From an uncultured cyanobacterium (GTDB lineage: Bacteria; Cyanobacteriota; Cyanobacteriia; Leptolyngbyales; Leptolyngbyaceae), in the NCBI GenBank assembly GCA_963766075.1, contig CAVYAN010000061.1, forward strand, positions 64,001 to 128,000: a stretch of DNA of 64,000 nt, read 5' to 3'. Numbering within the stretch: position 1 is the stretch's first letter; each line of letters starts with the position of its first letter. The notes below the pieces were generated by a model that made no database searches, had not been told where the DNA came from, and saw only the letters and a list, made by a program, of their open reading frames with translations. Positions 29,680 through 39,646 of this stretch are shown in pieces. Position numbers and translations under genes: made by a program.

Positions 29680-31476
29680 GTGGCTATGACTCTAAAATTT
29701 CCGCAATCCCTTGAGGCGCTGGCTGCCAGCCCGTCTAGCTTCCAAGCCGCTTGTTTCAAAGTGGGCTGTGTCCTGGCGCTGTTGGCCACCCTGGGCCTGT
29801 CGCTGGTGGGAAACCACGGCTTATCGTGGGATGAACCGGCGGGTATTTCTACCGTGAAGTGGAATTATGACTATGTGAGGCATCACAAGCCCATGCCCTA
29901 TGAAGTTCTGAAATATAACGGGACGCTGTTTAATTTTGGTGCAGAGGCCCTCTATCAGATTAGCCGACTCGTGAAAGATCCCTCTGCGGCCCAGGCCGGT
30001 CTGGAGGAAAATTTACAGGTATCTGGTGCCACTCCAGCCGAATCGGCGGATCGCTATGAGCGCCGTAAAGATGAAGAAACGCGCGATCGCATCGCCATCA
30101 AACATCCCCTCACTTTCTTAACTTCGCTGCTAGCCTACGGCGCTGTCGCTGGAATTGTACGCATCTGGTGGGGTGGCCAATTCGCATGGCTAGGCGTCGT
30201 GGTTCTGGCGCTGTTTCCCCGGTTCTGGGGCCATAGTTTTTTCAACCATAAGGATATTCCCTTTGCCGCCGTTTTTGCTGTGAGTATTCTGGCGGGGATT
30301 TATCTAGTGGCGCACTATCTGGAGCTGGAGGAGCCGGAAGAAAATCTTGATCCATCTCGCTCCGGCCCCGTTGCCATTGGGCCGATCACGCTGGATCGCC
30401 GTTTTGTCTATGCGATGTTGTATGGCATCCTGGCTGGGATTTTAACTGGCATTCGATTTGGCGGTTTCATGATCCTGCCGATCACTTACCTGGGGGCGAT
30501 CGTCGTTCGTCTTGGGATGCCCAGAGCGGGATTAGCAAAAAGTCTGCTGCGGGTGACGGGGTATCACGCGGTGACAGCAATAGTTTGCCTGGGCGTAACC
30601 CTGTTGGCCTATCCGGCCTCGTGGTTGGCCCCCCTGCAATGGCTGTGGAACGCTAAGGCCACGATGACCAATTATCCCTGGGAAGGCTTGGTGCTGTTTA
30701 ATGGCAGTCTGTATCCCAATGGGACTAGTGCCTTGGTACTACATTCCCCTGTGGTTTTTATCTCCGTACCCGTGATTTTGCAAGTGTTGTTTGGCCTAGG
30801 GGTGGGGGTACTGGTAAAGCGTTATGCCCAATTTTCGCGCTTACAAAAAGTCGGCACGGTTCTGGTACTGCTCCAGGTCTTTTTGTTGCCGCTAGGGGCG
30901 ATCGCCCAGCGGTCCCCGATCTACAACGAAATTCGGCATTTTTCCTTCATCACTCCGGGAGTGGCCGCCATTGCGACGGGGGCGTTGATGTGGATTTATC
31001 AACTGCTGCGGCACCGGGGGTGGCGACTGGGGGTGATCACCTGTAGCCTCATCCTCAGCAGCCAAATTGTCTGGGATATGGTGCAGCTCCATCCCTATGA
31101 ATATATTTACTTTAATCGCCTGTCCCGATCTATCGCTAACGCTCCAGCAGCCTACGAAACGGACTATTGGGGCCTGAGCGCCCGGGCCGCCATGGAGTGG
31201 GTTAACGAAAATGGCCAACCCCATCTACCCGTGCTGGTGGGGGTCAACACCCGGTCTGCCAGCATTTATGCGAGCCCCGATCGCCCCTATCTGCCCTTTT
31301 CTCCCGCCTCTCTGGCAACACTGAAGTCGCAGCCGTTTTACTATCTTGCCGCCCCGGTCGTTAGCTATCGCTACCCCGACTTTTTCAAAAGCTGCCCGCT
31401 GGTCCATCAAATCCAACGCCAAGATTTGCAGCTTACCCTCGTGCGGCAATGCCCCGCCAATGCCACCGCCGAATAG
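29680..31476 (+). CDS. Integral-membrane GT-C glycosyltransferase (ArnT/PMT-like)
   Basis: GLSWDEP, PRFWGHSFFNHKDIPFA, multiple TM segments, IYNEIRHF, HPYEYIYFN, ETDYWGLS; local compensated frameshift at 30721-30760. Confidence 0.8.
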   Translation: MAMTLKFPQSLEALAASPSSFQAACFKVGCVLALLATLGLSLVGNHGLSWDEPAGISTVKWNYDYVRHHKPMPYEVLKYNGTLFNFGAEALYQISRLVKDPSAAQAGLEENLQVSGATPAESADRYERRKDEETRDRIAIKHPLTFLTSLLAYGAVAGIVRIWWGGQFAWLGVVVLALFPRFWGHSFFNHKDIPFAAVFAVSILAGIYLVAHYLELEEPEENLDPSRSGPVAIGPITLDRRFVYAMLYGILAGILTGIRFGGFMILPITYLGAIVVRLGMPRAGLAKSLLRVTGYHAVTAIVCLGVTLLAYPASWLAPLQWLWNAKATMTNYPWEGLVLFNGSLYPNGTSALVLHSPVVFISVPVILQVLFGLGVGVLVKRYAQFSRLQKVGTVLVLLQVFLLPLGAIAQRSPIYNEIRHFSFITPGVAAIATGALMWIYQLLRHRGWRLGVITCSLILSSQIVWDMVQLHPYEYIYFNRLSRSIANAPAAYETDYWGLSARAAMEWVNENGQPHLPVLVGVNTRSASIYASPDRPYLPFSPASLATLKSQPFYYLAAPVVSYRYPDFFKSCPLVHQIQRQDLQLTLVRQCPANATAE

Positions 31477-31548
31477 TCACACCCCGCCGAATAGTCACGA
31501 CCACAGAGCCTGAGAAGCCCGCTGGGTCTAGATTTGACTGGGCATGCC

Positions 31549-32512
31549 CTAGGGCATCGGGCGGGGGGTGTACCAAGGACTAAGAAATACCCCCCGGTAG
31601 TATTCAAACCAGCAGGCCGGTGCTAATTGGGTGGCGATCGCCTGCCGATGCTTGAGATAAAAGATTGTTAAACGCAGGGTGCTGACCCCCAGGTAAAACG
31701 GCAGCAGGACCGGCATAAACGGGCGCTGCCAAGGGGCCAGTTTGGCAATCCGACAGGCATGGGCGGATAACCCTGCACTTTGGGCCAGTCGGGTCAAATG
31801 TTCCCGTTCAAAGCGTCCAGGGGCAATGTGATGCCATCCTTCCAATTCGGGGTGATGCCATACCTGCCAGCGGCTGCTTTGAATGTAGATGACAATTTCT
31901 ATATCCTCGGCATTGGACACCACAATGCCCCGAATGGTTTGCTTGCCCCGCAAGCGTCGGTGGAGCGGCACAGCCTCTTGCCATGCCTGTTTACGCACCA
32001 CAAAACTGGGCCCCCCCGGCACTGTACCTGGCTTCGTGTACTGCATCGGCTCCGGCCCTTTATCTTCCAACGCCAGCAGGAATTTAATACGGTGAAAGTC
32101 ATCGGGCAAGGGTCGTCAGTTTTGACGTAGTGTCGTCCCCCGTAAGCACCCACTTGGGGATGGTCTTGCCCAAACTGGATAGCGGCAGCTACCCAATGCG
32201 TTCTGCCAACAGGTAGTCATCATCGGCAAAGGCGACTAAATCGTGGCTGTGGGCTTCAGCGATCGCCCGATTCCGCGCATAGGCAGTACCCTGAGTGGGC
32301 TCAAACACGTAACGCAGGCGACTGTCCGTCCGCCACCGGGCTGCATAATCCGCGACCACCTGGGCCGTGCCATCCTGACTGTTATTGTCCACAACCAGCA
32401 CCTCCCAGGTCATGCCTGCGGTGTCGGTTTGTCCCAATAGCCGATCCAGAACCGCTGGCAAACGCTTTTCGCCATTGAAGGTGCAAATTGCCACGGTCAA
32501 ATCTACTGCCAT
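31549..32512 (-). pseudogene. GT2 glycosyltransferase, HpsE-like, with two frameshifts (or sequencing errors)
   Basis: DLTVAICTFNG..RLP.VL, WEVLVVDNNSQD, AFADDD / HWVAAAIQFGQDHPQVGAYGG / FHRIKFLLA...VVRKQAW...EDIE...HHI...RFER lie in three frames; shifts near 32197 and 32107. Confidence 0.8.
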
Positions 32513-32659
32513 AGGTCATGATCCAAGCTCAGGTGAAATAGTGGTGAACAGGTGAAATAGTGATGAAATAGAGCGCTCGTTTTTCGACTCTCGTTTTTCG
32601 ACAATGCTTGCCGGTGCGCCGAGATATAGATGGCTGTGGACAATGTTCGTCGTCACTTC

Positions 32660-34144
32660 CTATTGGGAATGCCAAAGGGCAGCGAGTTTTGTTTCCAACC
32701 ACACAAACACCCGATCCAGCCACCGCAGACAGCCTTCTAGAGGTGTGCGCAAATACTGAATCACGGATGCCTGGGTGTCGATATAGTCTGCTTCATGCCG
32801 TGGGTGTGTTGGTACAGCCCCGGCGGAGACTGGGGGGGGATAGGGAATGCGGAGTGGGTACCCAGGCCCAGTCTCTGACCGCGGGCCAGAGGCTGCCGTC
32901 GGCGGGGGGTAGGGAATGGCGGACACGCCCGTCGTTGGGGTTGGATCTCCCTTGGCCGCGTCAGGAGAGGGCTTGGCGGCTTCCCGAAGTTCGATTGTGG
33001 GGGCATGGCTCGGGGAAACCTGGGTCGTGGGAGAGGGCGTGATTGCCGCTGCAGACATCGCCGACATCGATAGGGCGGCGGCGGAAATTGCCGATGGGGT
33101 AATTGCAGAGGGCGTTATGGCAGAAGCTCGGTCCTGGGCTCGAAGTGGCTGACCTTGCCGTGTGAAGGATAGGGCCGATGGCTGGTGTGGCATTGACAGT
33201 TCGCGAGACTGTTGCAGCATCGACTCTTGGAAAAGATTCGCCGCGATCGCCACAGAACTCTGCTGCATCCATCCCATCAACCGCTGTGCCCACCGCCCCA
33301 GCAATTGGCGCGCGCGCGGCTGAATTGGGCCATAGGATTGCAGCCACGCCCGAGTCTGCTGGCGGGACAGTTGCACCCTGCGCCCATGGGTGGCCAGTTC
33401 CCAAATGAGGCGCTGCCGCAAGTGGCTCTGCTGAGCATGGGACAGTATATCCAGCACTTGGTTTTGGGTTGTGACCAGGACCAGGGCGCGGGTATCCAGG
33501 CGACTGGCAATCCCCTGCACTTGGTAGGGGGACGTGGATGGGCTGGATGTGGACAGGCTGGATGTGGACGGATGGGAGGAGGTGAGGCGGGAGGAGGCCG
33601 TGGGCACGAGGCTGGATTCAGAGGGACGGAAGGTCGGGGTGCCTTGCCGCAGCGTTTGTTCCGGCGCTTGGCCCAGCATCGTGGCTAGACGCTGCACTAC
33701 TAAACCCGATGGACCTGTTGGCAATGCCCAAGAGCCCAGTGAAACAGGCCCTACGGGATAAAAAATATTGTCTGACTGGGCGATCGCCTCATCCAGCACC
33801 ACCGGCAGTGATCCCGGCAACGCCATCTCTCGCAGGGTCTGCAAAATCCCATAAACCGGTGCATCCACCGCCAATGCTGCCTGTTCTGCTTCAGTGCTGG
33901 CTGTCTCAGCCCAAGGGGCAATCGGCTCCGAACCCCCCGTCAGCCAAAGATCCACCCGCGATCGCAGCCCACGGCTCGCTTGAAAAACCGCATAGACGGG
34001 ATAGAGCAGAATTTGTGCCGTCCAGCTTGCCGCCGTGCGGCACCGTCGCCATGCGATCGCTCCCCACTCCAGCCATCGTCGGGACTGTCGGACAATCCCA
34101 CTCACCATCTTGCTTTGGTACGGACCCGACTGAAACAACGCCAT
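32660..34144 (-). CDS. Conserved hypothetical protein with low-complexity middle
   Basis: 494-aa ORF; GPYQSK...QILLYPVY N-terminus, VLVT.QN..LDIL, PLE..LRWLDR...WLE C-terminus; SAITP repeats. Confidence 0.65.
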   Translation of the reverse strand: MALFQSGPYQSKMVSGIVRQSRRWLEWGAIAWRRCRTAASWTAQILLYPVYAVFQASRGLRSRVDLWLTGGSEPIAPWAETASTEAEQAALAVDAPVYGILQTLREMALPGSLPVVLDEAIAQSDNIFYPVGPVSLGSWALPTGPSGLVVQRLATMLGQAPEQTLRQGTPTFRPSESSLVPTASSRLTSSHPSTSSLSTSSPSTSPYQVQGIASRLDTRALVLVTTQNQVLDILSHAQQSHLRQRLIWELATHGRRVQLSRQQTRAWLQSYGPIQPRARQLLGRWAQRLMGWMQQSSVAIAANLFQESMLQQSRELSMPHQPSALSFTRQGQPLRAQDRASAITPSAITPSAISAAALSMSAMSAAAITPSPTTQVSPSHAPTIELREAAKPSPDAAKGDPTPTTGVSAIPYPPPTAASGPRSETGPGYPLRIPYPPPVSAGAVPTHPRHEADYIDTQASVIQYLRTPLEGCLRWLDRVFVWLETKLAALWHSQ

Positions 34145-34347
34145 TGCTACTCAACCTGCCGCCAATCGATATCCCTAATTCTACAGGGGATTCTCCCTCA
34201 GTCACCGCCTCGAATAGTACAAAGGAATTATGCATCATGCTGCCCTTTGCCCTGTCGCCCAATTCTGCCATCCGCCACTGCCGCATCCCTAGCCACCGGC
34301 CCCCGCAAAAGTTTATACTGATTGAGCTTTCACAGGTTTACAAAACT

Positions 34348-34989
34348 TTGGGTATCGATCTCCGCAGTTACGTTTATCTTGACCGGCTGCAACCCCAACA
34401 TGCTGCCTACCTGGGCACTGTCTCCCTGGGCTTCTTGCCTTTGCCGGGAGACGCTTCCCTCTGGGTAGAAATTTCCCCCGGCATTGAAATTAATCGCATT
34501 ACTGATGTCGCCCTCAAGGCAGCGGTGGTGCGTCCTGGTGTCCAGATGGTAGAGCGCCTGTATGGATTGCTGGAAATCCATGCCAGTAGCCAAGGCGAAG
34601 TCCAAGCAGCGGGGCGTGCCATTTTGGATAGTCTTGGCGTGAATCGTCAGGACTGTCTCAAGCCCCGGATTCTTTCTAGTCAGATCATTCGCAACATTGA
34701 TCCCCACCATACGCAGCTGATTAATCGCTCTCGACGCGGACAAATGATTATGGCAGGGCAAACTCTGTACGTCTTTGAAGTAGAGCCCGCTGCCTATGCG
34801 GCCCTGGCGGCCAATGAAGCCGAAAAAGCAGCCCTCATCAACATTCTGCAAGTCTCTGCCGTGGGCAGTTTTGGCCGCTTGTACCTGGGGGGGGCCGAGC
34901 GCGATATTATTGCCGCTGCCAAGGCTGTTGTGGAGTGCATCGAAAGTCTGGCGGGGCGTGAGCATTCGTTTAATATGCGCAGAGAATAA
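34348..34989 (+). CDS. ccmP: Carboxysome tandem-BMC shell protein CcmP
   Basis: TTG start gives [21 protein letters not shown]...[33 protein letters not shown]...[15 protein letters not shown], 213 aa. Confidence 0.95.
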   Translation: MGIDLRSYVYLDRLQPQHAAYLGTVSLGFLPLPGDASLWVEISPGIEINRITDVALKAAVVRPGVQMVERLYGLLEIHASSQGEVQAAGRAILDSLGVNRQDCLKPRILSSQIIRNIDPHHTQLINRSRRGQMIMAGQTLYVFEVEPAAYAALAANEAEKAALINILQVSAVGSFGRLYLGGAERDIIAAAKAVVECIESLAGREHSFNMRRE

Positions 34990-35000
34990 GAGGACACGAC

Positions 35001-35924
35001 ATGGCAAACCATCAGCATCTTGCGCTGCTGAGGCAGGGTGCCGTGAGTTGGCAAAACTGGCGACACGCCCATCCCAGCTTGGATCCGGACCTCAGTCACA
35101 GTCATTTGGATCGCCTTAATTTTCGCGGAATTGATCTTCGTCGCGCCAATCTGAGTGGTACCACTCTGCGAGGTACACAGCTAGAATCCGCCAATTTGAG
35201 CGGGGCCATCCTGGATCAGGCTGACTTCACCATGGCTAGCCTAAAGCATGCACACTTATCCCACGCGCAACTCACCAATGCCGTGCTGCAACAGGCCAAC
35301 TTAGACGCAGCCGATTTAACAGAGGCGCATCTGCTCAGTGCAAATCTCAGTCAGGCTAATTTGCGTGAAGCGGTGTTGCACAAGGCCAACTTGATTGGAG
35401 CGGATCTACGCGCAGCTAATTTGCGCGAGGCTGATGCGGGGCAGGCCCTACTGCTGCGGGCTAATTTGAGTGAATCCAGTTGGGTCGCGGCGCACTTGAA
35501 TGAGGCTCAGTTGGCTGGAGCAAACCTTTATCGTGCGGATCTGGATGGGGCGTCGCTCTATGGAGCGAACTTGCAGCAGGCCAAGTTGGTGGCAGTGAAT
35601 GCCAGTGGTACATACCTATTAGGAGCGGACTTGAGCGATGCCATGCTGTTTGGTGCCAATCTAACTTGGAGCAATCTGCATCGGGCAAGGCTGTGCCGCG
35701 CGGATTTGCGAGGATGCAATTTGCGGCGGGCCAATCTGAGTTGGGCGGATTTGACTGGGGCAAATTTGCAGGGAGCGAGTTTGCGTGGAGCCGATCTACG
35801 GGGTTGCTGTCTGAGGGAAGCCGATTTGACTGATGCGGATCTACGGGACGTGCAAATTCGCTCAACGGATCTGACCGGAGCCATTCTACCTGGAGCACCT
35901 CGGCAGCAGTTCCGGTCTCTATAA
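35001..35924 (+). CDS. Pentapeptide repeat protein
   Basis: MANHQHLALLRQG...W..WR N-cap followed by continuous A(N/D)L.. repeats; AAGAGGA RBS, 11 bp after the ccmP stop. Confidence 0.92.
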   Translation: MANHQHLALLRQGAVSWQNWRHAHPSLDPDLSHSHLDRLNFRGIDLRRANLSGTTLRGTQLESANLSGAILDQADFTMASLKHAHLSHAQLTNAVLQQANLDAADLTEAHLLSANLSQANLREAVLHKANLIGADLRAANLREADAGQALLLRANLSESSWVAAHLNEAQLAGANLYRADLDGASLYGANLQQAKLVAVNASGTYLLGADLSDAMLFGANLTWSNLHRARLCRADLRGCNLRRANLSWADLTGANLQGASLRGADLRGCCLREADLTDADLRDVQIRSTDLTGAILPGAPRQQFRSL

Positions 35925-36049
35925 CGATTGCAATCGCCGGATGCTAATACCCTTTCTATCCACCTAACAGATTCTATTCACCTAACAGACCGTTTCTGCC
36001 AAAACTGATGACACTTCTGTAAATTTCTGTAAAGCGTGATCCACCTAGC

Positions 36050-37117
36050 CTAATTCCTTCGGCGGCGCGGTTTGCCGCGATGATTAGGGGCTGCGGATTT
36101 GGGAGGATTGTCGTCCGCTAATTCGGGGGAGTTTTTCTCGGGCAGGGGAGATGGAGGCGCAAGGGGAGTATTAGCGATTGCGGCCCCACTGTCTACTGGC
36201 TTTTCACGCGGTTCTGGCAGCGGCAACTCCTCCAGGGGAACCCGTTCAGAGGGAATCTGCTCAGAAGGAACCCGTTCGGTAGGAATGCGTTCGGCAAGAG
36301 ACGGCGGTTCCGGAAGGTGAAGGGCTTGGCGTTCTAGGGGTTCAGGTTGGGCGATCGCCCGCCGTTCTAACTCCACCTCCACCGAATTGGATACTGGCAA
36401 AGCCAAGGGCTTTTGCTCCTGTCGCAGCTCCGGCAGGGCCACCAGTTCCTTCTCCGTTTCTTTAATGGCCACTGGGATCCGTACGGGCTGCAACTCATCA
36501 ATCCAGCAGCTCGCCAAGGGCAATGTTTGATCCAAATCATCCAGCGGGCGGGGCACCAGCATCACGGAATGCAGCTCACCAATGCGCTCAGCTTCGATCA
36601 TGCCAGCATCCAAAGCAATGCCGACATTGGACACTGAGCCCCGCACGATCGCCGTACACAGACCCGCCCCAATGGTTTCATAGGCCGCCAGCACCACGTC
36701 GCCTGCCTTTAGCATGGCATCCGCTGCGCCTACCATGGCCGGAAACCCCCGAGTTTCCAGGAGGCCCACGGCTTGGTTGCTCAGGCGGCTATGGCCACGC
36801 CCATTAGCCAACTGCATCAATCGACTGCCAATGGGCAATACGGCTTCCAGATTCGGCATGGGGCGAGCAATCACCAGGGAAGACGCGGGTTGGCCAAATT
36901 GCTTGGCGCGATCTTCACCTTCCTGCACCGCAAGGCGCACATCTGCGATGCCCCCCCGCACAATTGCTGTGCAGTGCCCACTGCCAATTTTCTCGTAGCC
37001 CACTAAAGTGACTCCGGAGGACTTGAGCATGTGATCGGCAATGCCCACAATCGCCGGAAAACTTCGGACCGAGATTAAACCGAGCGCGGTATCTGTAAAG
37101 TCTTCTCGTCGGTTCAT
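36050..37117 (-). CDS. ccmO: Carboxysome tandem-BMC shell protein CcmO
   Basis: ALGLISVRSFPAIVG.AD.MLKS..VTL.GYEK.GSG.CTAIVRG and a second domain GLLETRGFPAMVGAADAMLK...AERIG.L...PRPLDDL; Pro/Glu tail. Confidence 0.93.
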   Translation of the reverse strand: MNRREDFTDTALGLISVRSFPAIVGIADHMLKSSGVTLVGYEKIGSGHCTAIVRGGIADVRLAVQEGEDRAKQFGQPASSLVIARPMPNLEAVLPIGSRLMQLANGRGHSRLSNQAVGLLETRGFPAMVGAADAMLKAGDVVLAAYETIGAGLCTAIVRGSVSNVGIALDAGMIEAERIGELHSVMLVPRPLDDLDQTLPLASCWIDELQPVRIPVAIKETEKELVALPELRQEQKPLALPVSNSVEVELERRAIAQPEPLERQALHLPEPPSLAERIPTERVPSEQIPSERVPLEELPLPEPREKPVDSGAAIANTPLAPPSPLPEKNSPELADDNPPKSAAPNHRGKPRRRRN

Positions 37118-37250
37118 TTCAGGCAGGGATAAGGGATAGGAGCCACAGGATCAAGCAAAGCCGTCAATCTTCGGGAGCGATCATCACGTTCCGCTCTCAT
37201 TCTCACCTGTTTTCGGGCTTCTCTCCCACGGAATTACTGGGGTTCTTAAT

Positions 37251-37294
37251 GTTTTACCCCACAAGGCACAGCGTTTTACCCCACAAGGCACAGC
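37251..37294. repeat. Perfect 22-bp tandem duplication in the divergent ccmO/purN intergenic region
   Basis: GTTTTACCCCACAAGGCACAGC x2. Confidence 0.9.
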
Positions 37295-37382
37295 CTAGTA
37301 AAAGTCTTGCCGCTAGACAAGCAATCGCCTTTCCGGCACTATAAGCAAGGCATTAGCCCACCCATTCTGATCTGAAACCGCA

Positions 37383-38021
37383 GTGCATAGCTCCCTTCCC
37401 ACTCATTCGTCCACCAGCTTGATTTCGCCCGTGTTGTCTACTGCCGCGACTGCTGGACCACCGCTGAAATTGGGGGTGATGGCGTCCGGCAGTGGCAGTA
37501 ACTTTGAAGCGATCGCCCAAGCCATTGCCAGTGGTCAACTGCAGGCCCAGATTCAAGTGCTAATCGGCAATAATCCCGACGCCCAAGCCTTTGCCCGCGC
37601 GGAAAAGTTTGGCATTCCGGCAACGTTGCTGAACCATCGCCAATTTGCCAGCCGAGAAGATCTGGATCGGGCGATCGTCCAAACCTTGACTGACCACGGC
37701 GTCGAATGGGTAGTAATGGCGGGTTGGATGCGGATTGTCACACCGGTGTTAATCAATGCCTTTCCCCAGCGAATTCTGAATATTCACCCGAGCTTACTGC
37801 CCAGCTTCAAAGGGAATCGTGCCGTGGCCCAAGCATTGGCCGCTGGGGTCAAAATTACGGGTTGTACAGTGCATCGCGTGGTGGCAGAAGTGGATAGTGG
37901 CGAGATTCTGATGCAGGCGGCGGTGCCAGTGCTGCCCAACGACACTGTGGAAAGTCTGCAAAATCGGATTCACGCCCAGGAGCATGTGATTTACCCCCGC
38001 GCGATCGCGCTGTGTTATTGA
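37383..38021 (+). CDS. purN: Phosphoribosylglycinamide formyltransferase
   Basis: LGVMASGSGSNFEAI, VVMAGWMRI, ILNIHPSLLPSFKG, GCTVH.V..EVDSG.I..QA. Confidence 0.96.
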   Translation: MHSSLPTHSSTSLISPVLSTAATAGPPLKLGVMASGSGSNFEAIAQAIASGQLQAQIQVLIGNNPDAQAFARAEKFGIPATLLNHRQFASREDLDRAIVQTLTDHGVEWVVMAGWMRIVTPVLINAFPQRILNIHPSLLPSFKGNRAVAQALAAGVKITGCTVHRVVAEVDSGEILMQAAVPVLPNDTVESLQNRIHAQEHVIYPRAIALCY

Positions 38022-38197
38022 AGGCCAGGGTAATTGAGCGACAGGGTGATTAAACGCCAGAAGTTATGGGTTCACCAATCAAGAAACGCCGGATGGGAGG
38101 CAATTGCTTGAACGATTGAACCCACACTCCTCTGGTCATTCGTAATCCAATATTAATCACCCAACCTCAATCACCAACCTCAATCATCTAACGCCAA

Positions 38198-39376
38198 TTA
38201 GACCCCGATTTCCTTGCTGTTGGCTTTCAGTAACTCCGCGATCGCCTCCCGTTCTACCCGGGGACTGGTCGGGACTTCTTGGCGGGCATCATTGATCAGC
38301 CAATCCAGAGAAGCAGCTTGCACATCGATTGTTGCACCGGTTTTATCCACGCAGTAGCGACCATACACCAGCTTGTCCACCAGTCGGACACCCGGACCTA
38401 AGCGGGAATATTCAAAGATCACGCTGTTATCCACCGTGGCCCCGCTACAGACCCAGCAATTGGGACCAATCATAGTTGGTCCAATGATCTTGGCTCCATC
38501 TTCGATGTGGGTCATCCCGCCAATGTATACCGGGCCTTGAATGTCCACCTTGTCCAAGTTCATGGCGACATTTAAGCCCACATAAATCCCCGGCGCAATT
38601 TCTCGTCCGGGAATTTGAACGTTTTTCACTTCACCCAAGAGGACACTGCGAATCGCGCGCCAATAGTCGGGCACTTTGCCAATGTCCACCCACTCAAAAT
38701 CCATGGAAATGCCGTAGAACGGTGCCCCGATTTCCACCAGCTTGGGGAACAGCTCACCCCCGATGTCATATTCCACGCCCGAGGGAATGTAATTGAAAAT
38801 TTCTGGCTCAAAAATATAGATGCCTGTATTAATGCTGGTACTCAGGGCTTCTTCCACCTTGGGCTTTTCTTGGAAGGCTTTAATTTTTCCGTCAGCATCG
38901 GTCACCACAACACCATAGCTGGGCACCTCCTCAAGGGGCACATCTTTCATGATCACCGTCGCAATGGATCCCTTTTCCCGGTGCCACTTAACGGCGGCAG
39001 TCAGGTCTAGATCAATCAGCGCATCCCCGCACAAAACGACGAAGGTATCGTCGAAAAAGGGCGAAAAATCTTGAATCTTTCGCATGCCGCCCGCAGACCC
39101 AACGGCGGCTCCGACCAGTTCCCCATCAATGATTTTCCCTTCAAAGGAATAGGCAATTTCTACACCAAAGTGCTGCCCATCGCGGAAATAGCTTTCAATT
39201 TCGTAGGCGAGATGACTCACGTTTACCATGATTTCTGTGAACCCGTGCTGTCGCAGGAGTTCCAGAAGAAATTCCATCACGGGCTTCTGTAGAATGGGAA
39301 TCATGGGTTTTGGGGTGGTGTACGTAATCGGACGCACACGGGTACCCTTGCCTGCTGCCAGAATCATGGCTTTCAT
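38198..39376 (-). CDS. cugP: NDP-sugar pyrophosphorylase, CugP-type UTP-glucose-1-phosphate uridylyltransferase
   Basis: MKAMILAAGKGTRVRPIT...PKPMIPILQKPVMEFLLELLRQHGF, GSAGG, LCGDALIDLD, C-terminal left-handed beta-helix. Confidence 0.85.
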   Translation of the reverse strand: MKAMILAAGKGTRVRPITYTTPKPMIPILQKPVMEFLLELLRQHGFTEIMVNVSHLAYEIESYFRDGQHFGVEIAYSFEGKIIDGELVGAAVGSAGGMRKIQDFSPFFDDTFVVLCGDALIDLDLTAAVKWHREKGSIATVIMKDVPLEEVPSYGVVVTDADGKIKAFQEKPKVEEALSTSINTGIYIFEPEIFNYIPSGVEYDIGGELFPKLVEIGAPFYGISMDFEWVDIGKVPDYWRAIRSVLLGEVKNVQIPGREIAPGIYVGLNVAMNLDKVDIQGPVYIGGMTHIEDGAKIIGPTMIGPNCWVCSGATVDNSVIFEYSRLGPGVRLVDKLVYGRYCVDKTGATIDVQAASLDWLINDARQEVPTSPRVEREAIAELLKANSKEIGV

Positions 39377-39414
39377 AAACTACCTCTATCTCCCAACCGA
39401 ATCGCCACTAAATT

Positions 39415-39428
39415 GTAATTACTTTTAC
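39415..39428. promoter_or_regulatory. Possible NtcA-binding site upstream of cugP
   Basis: GTAATTACTTTTAC fits GTA-N8-TAC, about 40 bp upstream of the start codon; a short motif that may be chance. Confidence 0.25.
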
Positions 39429-39646
39429 GAGATCAACCAATAGGACCTGAATACTCCTAGAACCCGGTATAGAACCGGACTGTATCCTCAATCCAAACGT
39501 TGGGTTTGGGATAACGACTCTATGCTGACAGCATAGGCGGGCATACAGCAAAACAATGGCAATGACTCTACCGAATCTACATATGACTCAGCATTATTTG
39601 ATACTCAAAATAGCCACATTTTATTCTTAGAGAATCCTAACAGACT

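Noticed and set aside
33709..34347. Long N-terminal extension of CcmP in the ORF track
   Set aside because: Overlaps the opposite-strand gene; TTG at 34348 gives the typical 213-aa CcmP.
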